A DNA stretch of 59,112 nt from a virus (IMGVR_UViG_3300047564_002154:1-59112), one strand, 5' to 3'; shown: positions 27,574-39,730, numbered from the stretch's first letter. The notes: generated from the sequence alone by a model not told the origin. Numbers and translations are program-made.

Positions 27574-28922
27574 ATGTATGATGTTTACCTTTACGATGGA
27601 GATACTGGCGAATTGGTCAAAATTGACCGTGGTCATAACAAGTATAAAGGTATTGCCATGGACTGGCACAATCAGGGATTTTCAGTAAAAGTTGTTGATA
27701 CTTTCGATGGCGTGATTGTCTATACTCTGGAGTGTCCACCTTGACGCACAGAAACTTGTTGCCTTTAATTGCAAAGTACGCGATAATAGTCTCATACGAT
27801 AAGGAGATGATTATGAAAGCACGGGTTGATGGTGGTTTTGTTAGTGTTGGTGATTCAGTGTGCTTCAAAAGTGGTTACGAACAATGTGGTCGAGTAGTGA
27901 AAATCAAACGTTCGAATTTCGGTGGTGGGTTTGACTTGGTGATTGAAAATCGTTCTGGTGACCTCATCTTACGACCTGCCAGCGAGTGCTGGTTGGAATA
28001 ACCATACGAAACTTGTTGCCTTTAATTGCAAAGTACGCGATAATAGTCTCATGATGAATGAGAAAGGAAACAAAATGACCTTTACTTTTTACACTTATGA
28101 TCGTTCTGGTAGAGACATTATCGTTAAAATCGACGCGGAGGATGAAGATCAGGCATGGGATAAATTCGAAAAATATTACCCACTACATTATGTAGACCAA
28201 ATGATTCGCGGATAAGAAATAAACTTGTTGCCTTTAATTGCAAATTAAGCGATAATAGTCTCATGATGAATGAGAAAGGAAACAAAATGAATGCTCGCGA
28301 CTCTCTGAAGACTCTGGTGAAAACCCTCCGAGAATCTAATGATGCTGCATTTACTCTCGGATACCTAGAATCGATGACTGCAGGTATTATTGAGGGTCTG
28401 CCGAAGACTCAACAAAAACGAATCATCTCTGAAATTGAATCCCACATCAATACGCGTAAAGGTAAATGATCATGACTAACGAACAAGCAAAACGTATCTC
28501 CATCATTTATAACAAGTCGCCCGTAGCCAAGTCTGTCGTCCGGGCAGAGTCTGAATCCCAAGTCACTCTGTTTCTTAAGACAGGTGGAGTTATCCAAGAA
28601 TGCAAACCTTCGCGTAGGAAGAATCGTCCGACCATGTCGTCCAAGGTTACTCGCGTCACTAGAGTTTCATAAAAACTTGTTGCCTTTAATTGCAAACTCA
28701 GGCATAATTACTACAGTTGATTGAGATTATAGGAGAAATGTGATGATCAAAGTGATGACGAACAGTAACGGATCTGGTGATTGGATCCATATTAAGGAAG
28801 GCGATCTAACCATTTTCGAAGGTCACCGAGTTGGAGTACATGATCTAGTATTTCTCCTAGAGCGATACGCCAATGTCATGCTGATAGAACTAACTGATGA
28901 AGAAATGGAAGTATGGTCATGA
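27574..28922 (+). other. small cassette genes (27574-27744, 27813-28001, 28075-28215, 28287-28469, 28466-28672, 28740-28922)
   Basis: starts fixed by the cassette RBS. Confidence 0.7.
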
Positions 28923-29218
28923 TGGACCAGTTTAGAGTTTGTTATATTCCTGGTGGTATGGGATTGAGCCATAGTGCGTGGTGGTTATGCGAAAGAAAAG
29001 TGGTTCAAGGTGTATGGATGGATTGGCGAATCAAACAATTGAGAGTGAGTGATTATAAATGAAAGGTTTGATCCGGTTCTTCGTAGGTCTGGTTATGATT
29101 ATGGGTATAGCTGGCGGGATAGATTCGTCTACAGATATGGAGTTGATAACCTTAATTGGATGTGCTGCAGTTGCTCTGATGATACTGGTATCTGGAATTA
29201 ACGCGATGAGGAAAGAAA

Positions 29219-29962
29219 ATGAATAGAGACGACATTCTCCGCATGGCGCGGGAACAGGGACTTCCAGAAACTGAAGTTGAAGGTGTATTCATAGTTAATT
29301 CCGACGATCTGGGGCGATTGCTCGCCGCCGAGCGCGCCGAGCGCGAATGGGTCAGCCTGACGGATGAAGAAACTGACTATTGGATTGGTAGCAATAGCAC
29401 AAAGAAAGCATTATGCAGAGCCATTGGAGCTGCACTGAAGGAGAAGAATAATGGATGACCGAATTCTTGTCGACGCTAATGGACGCAAGTACATCATGAG
29501 AGAACCACAACTCCATCCACATCTACGCGAATGGATCAGCCTGACGGATGAGGATATCGCGCAGGCTTGTGGTTTTGGCGAACACACAACTACCTCACTT
29601 CAACACATGTTGATCGCAATTGCTCGTGCCATCGAAGCAAAGTGTAAGGACAAGAACACATGATTAATGAGAAAGAAAATTCTGTGCTTCTCATCGCTGG
29701 GTTCACGCAACGAGAGATCAATACACAGAAGCAAAAATTTCACAACTTGTTTCGGATTGAGCCGTGGCTTGTGCCCATGCGTAGGCATGGAGAATGTGTT
29801 GGGCTGACGGATGATGATATTGAGGACGAATGGGAGCGGATTACAGGGCATAGCATATATGGCGGCAGTCGTAGCGAAGGACGAACTATGTATTTGTCTC
29901 CAGATGAAGTATTTGAATTCGCCCGAGCCATCGAAGCCAAGAGCAAGGAAAAGAACACATAA
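29219..29962 (+). other. three tandem paralogues (29219-29458, 29451-29663, 29660-29962)
   Basis: shared EWxxLTDE[ED] and RAIxAxxKxKN motifs. Confidence 0.8.
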
Positions 29963-30042
29963 ACAAGATAACATAGTTGTTGCCTTTAATTGCAATCACA
30001 TGTATAATTACTACAGTTGATTGAGATTATGAGGAGAACGAA

Positions 30043-30378
30043 ATGACTGACCGCGAACTACTAGAACTGGCTGCTAAGGCAATCGGGATTGATGGTCTAC
30101 CATTCCTTGACAACCAGTATTGTCAAGGTGCATTGAGGTGCGGATATTGGGATGATCTGAACGAATCCTGCTGGAACCCACTCACCGATGACGGCGATGC
30201 GTTTCGGCTGGCAGTGAAGTTGAATATGGAGCTTGTTGTTCCAGGGAGTGGGAAGGACGTATACGCCGGTCGGCTTTTGCTGGATGCTTTTGAGCCAGTT
30301 AACGGCGACCCCTACGCAGCCACTCGCCGCGCCATCGTTAGAGCCGCTGCCCAGATTGGAAAGGAAAAGAACCAATGA
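30043..30378 (+). CDS. phage hypothetical protein
   Basis: MTDRELLELAAKA..WNPLTDDGDAFRLAVKL..AATRRAIVRAAA. Confidence 0.8.
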   Translation: MTDRELLELAAKAIGIDGLPFLDNQYCQGALRCGYWDDLNESCWNPLTDDGDAFRLAVKLNMELVVPGSGKDVYAGRLLLDAFEPVNGDPYAATRRAIVRAAAQIGKEKNQ

Positions 30379-31836
30379 ACCACGACACTATTATGCAACT
30401 AGCACGTGATGCAGCCGGAGGCATGCTCTCGCACGATGCAGAAGGATTCTGTAGCCTGACTGGACCAGAAATTGTTCGCTTCGCCGAGTTGCTCGTCAAG
30501 AAATGCATTAAAGTGATTGATGACTCTACTCCTCTCTATTCTGCAGAGGATCAACAAGAAGATTTCTGTCAAGGAAAGCTGAATGGATATCAAGAAGCCA
30601 TTCTAGGTGTGAAAGAACACTTCGGAGTTGAATAAAAATATTTGCAAATACTTGTTGCCCTTAATCGCAATCACAGGCATAATTACTACAGTTGATTAAG
30701 ATTATGAGGAGAACGAAATGACTGAACTGACTTTTACCTTTAATGCCCTTAATTCCCTCGGTAAAGAAGTTGTTGTTAACGTTGACGCCGAAGATGTTGA
30801 TCAGGCATGGGAGCTTTTCGAAGAAAAGTATCCGAAGCTAGTGTGGTCGGCTCGGTTGAACACTCCAAATACTTCTTGGCTTTAATTGCAATTTCCGTCA
30901 TAATTACTACAGTTGATTAAGATTATGAGGAGAATGAAATGAAAGTTTATTCTGTGTTGCGCGCTGTTCCATACTCTGGTGATGAGTTGCTGGGAGTGTT
31001 TGGAGATCGTGAGCAAGCCGTTGAGTTTATCCAGAAGTTTGAAGATGAATTCCATTACTACGACTTCGGCGTGTTGGCTTCTGAGTTGGGAGAACAAATA
31101 GTAGACGTCTACTCACAGACAGAATGGATTGTACAATAAAATGAACAAACATACACCTGGACCGTTGCAGTATGCCATGATCGTCGGTGGCACTACGGCA
31201 TTCATCATGGAAGATGACGGCACGACCGTCGCAGAGATCAGCACTGTAGAGAATTCGACAGGACATAGCCAACTAGAAGCCAACGTTCGATTGTTCGCCG
31301 CTGCTCCCGATCTTCTGGAGGCACTCAATCGCGTTATGTCTTGGATCGACAATTGGTCGCCTGAATTCACCTACGACAATGAGTGGCCACAAGACAGAGA
31401 CGCTACCAGAGCAGCCATCGCCAAAGCAACAAGGGACATACAGTAAGGTACAGATATGGGCACTAATTACTACGTAGCAGAGAACCACTGCAAATGTTGT
31501 GACCGATACGACGAGACATACCACATCGGTAAGTCTTCTTATGGATGGTCATTCTCGTTTCAAGGATATAAACTAGAGGAACTAGTATCCTGGCAGGCAT
31601 GGAAAGACTTCCTCAAAGACAAGATGATTAAGGACGAGCATGGTATTACTATTCCATATGATGAATTCGTCACTCTCATAGAAGGTGTTAAATCGCCATC
31701 ATTCGTAAGAGCAGATGGACATAAGAACCTACAGCATAACGAACAGGGTAGCCTCGATAAGCAAGGATGGTTTGATCCCGAGTATGACTGGGATGATGGA
31801 GAAGGCTACTCGTTTACGTCTTGGGAGTTTAGTTAA
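30375..31836 (+). other. small genes (30375-30635, 30718-30885, 30939-31139, 31141-31446, 31456-31836)
   Basis: co-directional ORFs; 30718 is a paralogue of 28075 (DAED.DQAW..FE..YP); 31141 has HTPGP..AAAPDLLEAL. Confidence 0.7.
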
Positions 31837-32212
31837 TAATTAGATATCAAATCTATAGAGGGTTAGGGGACTTAATCTATAATTAAGGGACTCCTACCCT
31901 TAATCCTAAGACCGACCTTCCAGCCCACACATAACAGTCTCTCTCCGCATAACAGTCTCTCCACAGTATTCCCCTCTCCATATATCTCTTGCCTTATATT
32001 CATATTTACGGTATAATATCTCTATAGGGTTAGATGATTGCAAACGGTTTGTCTGCAAAAAATTTCCCCGGAAAAAATTTCACCCTAAAGGTTGCATGAT
32101 GGATTCTGATATAGCATTCTTTGGTACTATTTTGGCTATGTTTGCTTTGTTTACAGGTAATCCTGTTACTGCTGTAATTATCTTTGTTATTAGTATTTTA
32201 TAAGTGATTGCC

Positions 32213-35200
32213 ATGAATAATAACCTACTTAAACAAATAGCAGTAGAAGCTGGATTTATTGCGTCAGCACCTACGCTTAGCCCAACCCTTGAAAAGTTTG
32301 CCGAGTTGCTTGTTAGAGAATGTGCTAGATCGTTAGAAGAATTGCCAAGATATTATAAACAGGAAGATGCTAAACTGGTTGAGGAATATACAATTTTTGA
32401 TTGTGTGAGAGCGATTAAAGAACATTTCGGAGTTAAATGATGAACGAACGAATTAAAAAACTAGCCGAACAATGTACCACACAATATCGTGATGGCCATG
32501 GTGGACACATTGATCAGGTCGATACAGAAAAGTTCGCCGAGTTGATTGTTCGAGAGTGTGAGGTTATTCTGTCTAAAGAATCTGAACGATTGTATGGTTT
32601 ATCTTCTCATGGCAGTGATGACTATGATATTTGTGCAGACAAGTGCCGCGAGAACATTAAAGCAATCAAAGAACATTTCGGAGTTGAAGAATGAATGAAC
32701 GTATTCGTGAACTTGCTATAGAAGCCGGAGCAGGAAAATGGGACGACGATCTTTGCCTACCGATGATGGATATTGAAAAGTTCGCGCAGTTGATTGTTCG
32801 AGAATGCTGTGACTGGATTGATGGTGCTCCCACTACTGAAGAAGGATCGGTAATTCTCACTAAACAATTTATTATCGCTAACCTAAAAGAACATTTCAGA
32901 ATAAAATCGTGAGAGATCTCATGAAAGATGAATTTTTAAAAGAATTTAAAGCACTTTTGGAAAAGTATGATGTTTCCATTAGCTTCTCTGTCGGCGCGGG
33001 TTCTGACACCCATGGGTTATATGATGAGAAAATGGTGATTGATCATAGGATTGATAAAAATTCTTTCAAAGAAGAAACTTGGCTTGAATTGAATGGTTGG
33101 TGTATTAGTTCTTATGAACTAAAGGATATATCATGATGCCTGAACGAATTCGTGAACTTGCTGAACAGGCTAGTAAAGACAATAGTGATGGATATCCAGT
33201 TACGCTTGAATATTCTAATCGATTTGCTGAAAAGTTCCTCGAGTTGATTGTCAAGGAGTGTGCTGGTATTAGTGAATCGGATGCTGTTGGTGATGATCCT
33301 GCCTGTTGCACCAATACTGCAGATAGAATTGCTAGACAGATTAAGAAACATTTTGGAGTCGAAGCATGACATTTCCTTATCTATACTTTCGTAAAACTCA
33401 CATAGAGACTAATGTTTCTTTCGACGCACCATTCAGCGGCAAGAATTGTCCTGGTTGGTATCAAACACCATTTAATGAGTTAGAGGCAAAAGCAGAGGCT
33501 AGGATTTCCTATTGGAATCAAATGCTAAGCCCTTGGCACTATGAAATTTTGGAGTGGAGAGTTGAATAATGAACGAACGAATTCGACAACTTGCTGAAGA
33601 GATTTATGGTTCGGCATACTATGACGATTTTAGGTTCGCCGAGTTGATTGTGTTAGAATGTGCTCGGGCGGCAGATGAAGGTATGTCCCAAGTGACTATG
33701 AGAGTTGAATGGCCAAGTTATCATATTAAAAAACATTTCGGAGTTGAATAATGAACGAACGAATTCGAGAACTTGCGTCACAGGCTTTTGTGATTACAAC
33801 AGATGGTAAGATTAGCTATGTCAGTGATTATATGGTGGAAAAGTTCGCCGAGTCGCTTGTGAAGGAGTGTGCTGAAGTTACCCAAGATTTTGTTGACCAT
33901 AGGTTCCCTGCAAGTGAGTATCCCATTCGTTTGAAGCGTTATTTTGGAATTGCATGATGAAGCGTATGGAATATAGAGACTGCTTGGATTTAAGCCAAAC
34001 GGTATTTGGTATTGATGAAATTAATAATGAAAATCTTCGTTTTAAGATTAGCGACGCGGGTGCCACTCTTTATTTTGATGTAAAAGATTGGAACCGTATT
34101 AAGAAATTTGTTGAAGCTGCACTAGCAGCACAAAAGGAAAAGTCGTGAACGAACGAATTCGACAACTTGCTGAAGAGATTTATGGTTCGGCACACCATGA
34201 CGATTTTAGGTTCGCCGAGTTGATCGTGCAGGAATGTCTTGATGTTGGATCACAATGGGCAGATGGATTGATTGACCCAAAGCATTATGACTTTGTGAAT
34301 AAAAGGATCAAAAAATATTTCGGAGTTGATGTATGAAATTTAAACAGAAAGCCAAACGTCCATACCGAGATCAATTGTGGGGTATGAGTCCGAGCCAGTT
34401 TAAGACCATGTTGAAGAAACGCGGTTATCGAGTTCGTCGTGACTTTTTTAAAATGGGCTCAATTGCTCAGTATAAAGGGCGCATGTATCGATTCCGTTGG
34501 TGGGGTGCGGTGGGCGAGTTCTTTGTAGATATGAGTTGCCCTATTGTAGAATTTGATCGTTGGGCTAATTCAACCGATAGCGTGATTACATTTTATAATT
34601 GGAATGAGATGAAAGATGAATAACCATATTCGCGAATTATTTGAAACACATACTTATCCTAACTTTGCTGAATATCATGGTCTTCGTCGTGAATCGAACG
34701 GCGAATATTCTAGTGTTTTGTTGGAAGATCATTGGCAGACGTTTCAAGAAGGGTTTGAGATTGCTGTAAAACGTACACTTGAAGAATTTTGTATACAGCT
34801 GCAAAAACACGGTATCGACCATTCAAACCATCCGGCATTCTATAAAGCTATAGAAAAGACGGAGCAACAACTGGGAGTTAGTCATGTCAAATGAATATGC
34901 TTGGAAAACCATTAATGAGAAACTTGTCTATTTGAACACAAAGACAGGTAAGGTTGTTGGTTCTGTTTTAAAACAAAACGATCCTGATTCATTGTATGCG
35001 TTCATTTATATTGACGACCTTACAAATGTGGTAGAAGATGAAAGAAACATGGGAAACTTCAAAGATTTGAATTCTGCCATGCATGCGGTAGAATACTTCT
35101 GGGAAGTTGAATACAGATTTTTCTAAAATATAATGATAGAGGTTCAATGATGGACGAGCGTATGTGGACTATTAAAATTTGGGATGGTTGGAGTAATCAA

Positions 35201-36278
35201 GAATTTGAACGATATGGCACATACGAACAAATTCGGGGTATTATGGTAGGATACCCACCCTCGTATATTTGGAGCATAACATGCGCGGAAAGTGATGATC
35301 CATCAAGTTCAGTGAATCAATGAAAGATTAATTATGTTGGGACAGGCACTTTTTAGTTTAGTTGTAATGTTAATTGGAATCGGTTCATTCCCAGAACTTT
35401 GGATATTTTGGGTGATTATCGCGGCGGGTATTTGGTTACCCGCAAGTATAGTCATTGGTGGAATTATATTGGGATTGGCTGCATTAATAATCTTATAACG
35501 TATAAAACGACCCAGAAAGGTGTTTTAGATATGCGCAATATTGTTATTTCTCGTATAACAGATTATCTCACAAAATATGTATATCTTCAGCGCGAGTTTG
35601 ATATCACCCCTGATGAGTTGGATACATTATCCAACGAAGAATTGCTAGACTTATATACAGACATTTTAGTGGAGTGCGATTATGTCATATAGAAAACATT
35701 ATTGGAAGAAAACCAAGGAACAAGCATATTATACCTGGTATGTCTTTTGGCACGGGGTTGTGTTGAATAAAGGGCATCATTCTAAATGGAGACCGTAATG
35801 AACGAACGGATTAGAGAATTATCTAACATTGCTTACAAAAATCATCTGGCGAGGAATCCTAATTCTTCCTTTTCCGTCAGACAAGATTATATGGAGGAAT
35901 TTGCTGACCTGCTTATTCGACAGTGCGCATACTATGCAGATTTATTCGAAGCATTGGGCTGCGCGCCAGATTTATCGCCCAATGAGATCAAACCCAGCGA
36001 TTATATTAAGAACCAGTTCGGTCTAAACAATGTTTAGATTCATCTTTGCGTAAAATAGATACGGAGATATTATGAAAGATTTTCGCAAAGGATTCTATTC
36101 TTATACCCCATACACAGTTATATCTTTTAAAGTGAACGGGGTTAATTATATTATCGTGAAAAATACGAGCACGTATTTGCCAACGGAAGAAGCGTGTGTA
36201 GAAATAGAACAGCAACTTACTGTATCTGATCACAAAGAAGCGAAAGAGGTAATAACATGTCTGATGAAGAAGTTGTAA
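32213..36278 (+). other. cluster of NERIRELA/FAELIV/KEHFGVE paralogues mixed with unrelated small ORFs
   Basis: members at 32213, 32437, 32691, 33133, 33569, 33751, 34145, 35798. Confidence 0.85.
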
Positions 36279-36442
36279 AATTTTATGATGAGTTGAAGGA
36301 GTACTACGGCGACGCTCTCACCGACTTCGAACATTATCCGATAACATTTTCACATCAAATAAAAATTTATCGGTATTACAAAGAAAAGGGATTGACTTTT
36401 AAAGAAACATAAGGTATACTATACGTATACACTAGGAATATT

Positions 36443-37360
36443 ATGAAAATCGCACTTGCATCTGATCTACATTTAGAATACGGAACGCTATCTGTTAAAA
36501 ACCCAGGAGACGTTGAGGTACTTATTCTCAGTGGGGATATTCTTGTTGAACGCGATCTTAATGAATTGCAATCGACAGAAGTCGACCCTGAATCTATTTC
36601 AGAAGAATATCACGCATTCTTTAAAGAATGCTCTAAAGAATTCCCACATGTAGTTTATGTTGCAGGTAATCATGAGCATTACCATGGCGATTTTAAGCAC
36701 ACCATTTCCGGCTTGAAAACCAAGTTGGCATATCTCACTAATGTACACATTCTTGATAAAGAAGTGTTCAAACTTGGAGATTACACGTTCGTGGGGTCTA
36801 CTCTGTGGACTGATATGAATAGAGAAGATCCGCTGACGTTGCATCACATGAAAAAAAGAATGAATGATTTTAAAATTATCAAGAATTCTAATCGTGAGTT
36901 GTTTCGCTGGGTGCCTGTCTATGAGTATGATGAAGAAGGTAACGTGAAACTTGATGATCTAGGACGTTACGTGCAAATTGGCACAAAACGGAAATCAGAG
37001 CCGGCATTTTTTTCTCCTGAAGACGTTGTTGAGGAGAATAAAAGATGTATTGATTACATAAAACAAGTTGTCTCTCAAGCTACAGAAGGAGAGAAGATTG
37101 TCGTAGTCGGTCATCACACACCCTCTCATCAATCTTGTTCGCCATACTATAAAGATGATTATATTTTGAATGGAGCTTACCATAATAGTTATGAAGAATA
37201 CATTATGGATCATCCCCAAATTGTGTTGTGGACACATGGACACACGCATGAAAGATATGATTATCTAATTGGGGATACAAGAATCGCGTGCAATCCGCGT
37301 GGATATATTGGGTACGAGAATATTGCTGATAATTTTGACTTGATGGTGATGGAAATATGA
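36443..37360 (+). CDS. metallophosphoesterase
   Basis: SDLHLE, GD, GNHE, HH.P, HGHTH. Confidence 0.92.
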   Translation: MKIALASDLHLEYGTLSVKNPGDVEVLILSGDILVERDLNELQSTEVDPESISEEYHAFFKECSKEFPHVVYVAGNHEHYHGDFKHTISGLKTKLAYLTNVHILDKEVFKLGDYTFVGSTLWTDMNREDPLTLHHMKKRMNDFKIIKNSNRELFRWVPVYEYDEEGNVKLDDLGRYVQIGTKRKSEPAFFSPEDVVEENKRCIDYIKQVVSQATEGEKIVVVGHHTPSHQSCSPYYKDDYILNGAYHNSYEEYIMDHPQIVLWTHGHTHERYDYLIGDTRIACNPRGYIGYENIADNFDLMVMEI

Positions 37361-37689
37361 ACACATATACACCTGATAAATGGCTAATTATTAAAATAAC
37401 ACAAGACGAGGCAATCCACTATCGTGTTTTTGGATGCTGGTTTGGTGGGTTCGCTGGTAGAGACAGTTGGAAAATGAATTCTGGCGTCACTAAGGTGAGT
37501 TTTGACGACAACTTTTATAAATTTGAAGGTTCTAGCGGATCTGTCTATATGTGTCACAAAGATACTTACGGAGCGAATATGTATGGTCGCGGTGTGATTA
37601 ATGATATGATTCACGCTGCATCAAAACAGGGTGTGATTATTGAAATTCTGGAAGAAGACACTAATTTTTTGAGTCTACATTATGAATGA
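37357..37689 (+). CDS. conserved phage hypothetical protein
   Basis: YTPDKW..W.GG..DSWKMNSG..GSSGSVY.C. Confidence 0.75.
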   Translation: MNTYTPDKWLIIKITQDEAIHYRVFGCWFGGFAGRDSWKMNSGVTKVSFDDNFYKFEGSSGSVYMCHKDTYGANMYGRGVINDMIHAASKQGVIIEILEEDTNFLSLHYE

Positions 37690-37870
37690 CTGGACTGTTT
37701 GGTTGGAAGAGGATGCAGAAACGGGGGATCTGGTGATGCCGATTCCCCCGGAACTATTGGCACAGCTTGGATGGAACGTTGGAGAAACGCTAATTTGGCA
37801 ACCCATGAAAGATGGTACATTTATATTGAGGAAAAAACAAAATGGAACACCTGAAAATTCCACTGAGTGA
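37682..37870 (+). CDS. AbrB/MazE/SpoVT-like DNA-binding protein
   Basis: GDLVMPIPPELLAQLGW..GETL. Confidence 0.7.
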   Translation: MNDWTVWLEEDAETGDLVMPIPPELLAQLGWNVGETLIWQPMKDGTFILRKKQNGTPENSTE

Positions 37871-37984
37871 TGCTGAAGAAGCCGTGTTACAGCTTCTGAC
37901 GCTGGTTAAGCGTCTAGAGGCTGAAAATGCGACGTTGAGAGAAGAAGTTAGATTACTACGATGGGCAAGCGAGGAGCATGACTA

Positions 37985-38359
37985 ATGACTAAAGTATTTA
38001 CTGATGTTAGCGTTTTTCTACGAGCAGTAGGACAAGAAATCCCACCATTTAACGCAACTGAATCTGCACAGTCTAAACTTTACGCGAAATTAATTGCGGA
38101 GGAATACGCAGAATTCATGCAGGCAGTCATTGACAATGATGATGCTGAGAAAGCTGATGCGTGTTTTGATATGATTTGGGTTATTGTCGGATATATGAAA
38201 TCTCGAGGTTGGGATTGTGAAGAGATTTGGGAAGAAGGTGCAAAATCCAATCTCTCCAAGATTGACGCAACCAGTGGTAAAGTTATTCGTCGGGAAGACG
38301 GTAAAATTCTCAAACCAGAGGGATGGACTCCACCTAATTTTGCAAAACTGGTTAAATAA
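37985..38359 (+). CDS. MazG-like NTP pyrophosphohydrolase
   Basis: LIAEEYAE, DACFD, SNLSK, REDGKILKP. Confidence 0.85.
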   Translation: MTKVFTDVSVFLRAVGQEIPPFNATESAQSKLYAKLIAEEYAEFMQAVIDNDDAEKADACFDMIWVIVGYMKSRGWDCEEIWEEGAKSNLSKIDATSGKVIRREDGKILKPEGWTPPNFAKLVK

Positions 38360-38397
38360 ATGTTGCCTTTTATTAATTAATGGTGTATAATAAGGTT

Positions 38398-38904
38398 ATG
38401 AAACCAATCACATTGTATCTCGACATGGACGGCGTTCTTGCGAACTTCGATAAGAAGTATCACGCGCTAGAGTCTGACTTACCAGATCGTGAAAAATTTC
38501 GTGATGCTGTGTTGATTCACAAAATATTTGAAGATCTGGAATTTATGCCAGATGCTCCAGAATTGCTAAATCATGTTTCCAAGCTCGCCGGTATAAATAT
38601 CGAAATTCTCACTTCGGTAGGAACATTTGATCCGCTGCGAGGTCAACAAGCGATGATTCAGAAATCGCATTGGTTAAAACAGAAAAACATTTCATACAAA
38701 ACCAATTTCGTTCGATCAAAACTTGAGAAAGCACAATATGCTCATGATCATGCTATTTTGATCGACGATTCCATCGGTTGTATTTCTCCATTTAATGAAG
38801 CAGGTGGGCATGGTATTCTACACGTCAACGCGAGTGACACGATTAAAGTTTTAGACAGCACACTTTTGCAAATCCGAGCATTAGACGCGATGAGAATGCT
38901 ATGA
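38398..38904 (+). CDS. HAD-family 5'(3')-deoxyribonucleotidase
   Basis: LDMDGVLANF, ILIDD. Confidence 0.85.
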   Translation: MKPITLYLDMDGVLANFDKKYHALESDLPDREKFRDAVLIHKIFEDLEFMPDAPELLNHVSKLAGINIEILTSVGTFDPLRGQQAMIQKSHWLKQKNISYKTNFVRSKLEKAQYAHDHAILIDDSIGCISPFNEAGGHGILHVNASDTIKVLDSTLLQIRALDAMRML

Positions 38905-39185
38905 TAGATATTTTTAAACCTACTTTAAAATGGATTCGCGACGATTGGAATAGCAATAGGTTACGTTTTATTGTTGAGTTGTTTGCTTGGGCTATTAGTA
39001 TTGGGTGTTCTATTACTATGGCAATCACCGTCCCACATCCCCCTTTGCTTACACTGTATCCTATTTGGATTTTCGGCTGTGCTTTATACGCTTGGGCTGC
39101 TTACACTCGCAAATCATTTGGTATGCTTGCTAACTACATGCTTTTGGTAACAATTGATATTATTGGTTTAATTAGGATGTTATGA
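38901..39185 (+). CDS. small membrane protein
   Basis: three hydrophobic helices. Confidence 0.75.
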   Translation: MIDIFKPTLKWIRDDWNSNRLRFIVELFAWAISIGCSITMAITVPHPPLLTLYPIWIFGCALYAWAAYTRKSFGMLANYMLLVTIDIIGLIRML

Positions 39186-39730
39186 ACATTTTTTATATTC
39201 ATCATGATGCTGCGATTTGCGCCCAACAACACGTCGACAAACATGTTGTGAAAATGATTTTGGAATATGCGCAACTTCTTTCTACGGCACATCGCGTTCT
39301 CGATGGTGTTGAGACTGATGGTTTTTCCAAATCTGGGCGAAAAGCAAAACGATGGGTTCTTCCTGATGAACGAGAAGATATTCTCTACAAAGCATCACAC
39401 ATCAATCACCCTTCTGCTAAGTGGTGCCGCCATTCTCTCGCCAACTATGAATTCCTGTTTAAATTGTGGATTGAGTTGATGCGAGAGTATCATTATCGAT
39501 ATGGTAAAGTGCATTCAGCAATGCGTCTTGCCAGATATCTAAAAGTTCCTCCGACTAAAATTTGCGTTCTTGAAAAATTCTCTGCTCCATGGCGCGCCAT
39601 GCCAGATGAATTCAAAGTAGATCGTTCAGAATCTGAATATACGGTTAAGTCGTATCGTAATTACTATAACGGCGCTAAAACAAGTATGTTTAAATGGAAA
39701 AATCGTCCGACTCCCGACTGGATCGTATAA
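39182..39730 (+). CDS. pyrimidine-dimer DNA glycosylase (DenV-like) protein
   Basis: MNIF..DKHVVKMILEYAQLLSTAH, H.NHPS..W. Confidence 0.8.
   Translation: MNIFYIHHDAAICAQQHVDKHVVKMILEYAQLLSTAHRVLDGVETDGFSKSGRKAKRWVLPDEREDILYKASHINHPSAKWCRHSLANYEFLFKLWIELMREYHYRYGKVHSAMRLARYLKVPPTKICVLEKFSAPWRAMPDEFKVDRSESEYTVKSYRNYYNGAKTSMFKWKNRPTPDWIV

Larger units (their letters stand above)
22901..30941 (+). repeat. array of 17 direct promoter+leader+RBS cassettes
   Basis: -35 hexamers at 22907, 23175, 23481, 23695, 24194, 24626, 25429, 26341, 26542, 27520, 27759, 28016, 28228, 28680, 29980, 30655, 30876; consensus CTTGTTGCCTTTAATTGCAA-N7-[GC]ATAAT. Confidence 0.93.

Noticed and set aside
22901-30941. CRISPR array interpretation of the dispersed repeat
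   Set aside because: Intervals are about 200-1300 nt and hold whole genes; the repeat is a -35/-10 promoter with an RBS; no cas genes are present.
32213-36037. Diversity-generating retroelement behind the paralogues
   Set aside because: No reverse transcriptase in the window; variation is whole-segment replacement, not A-specific substitution.
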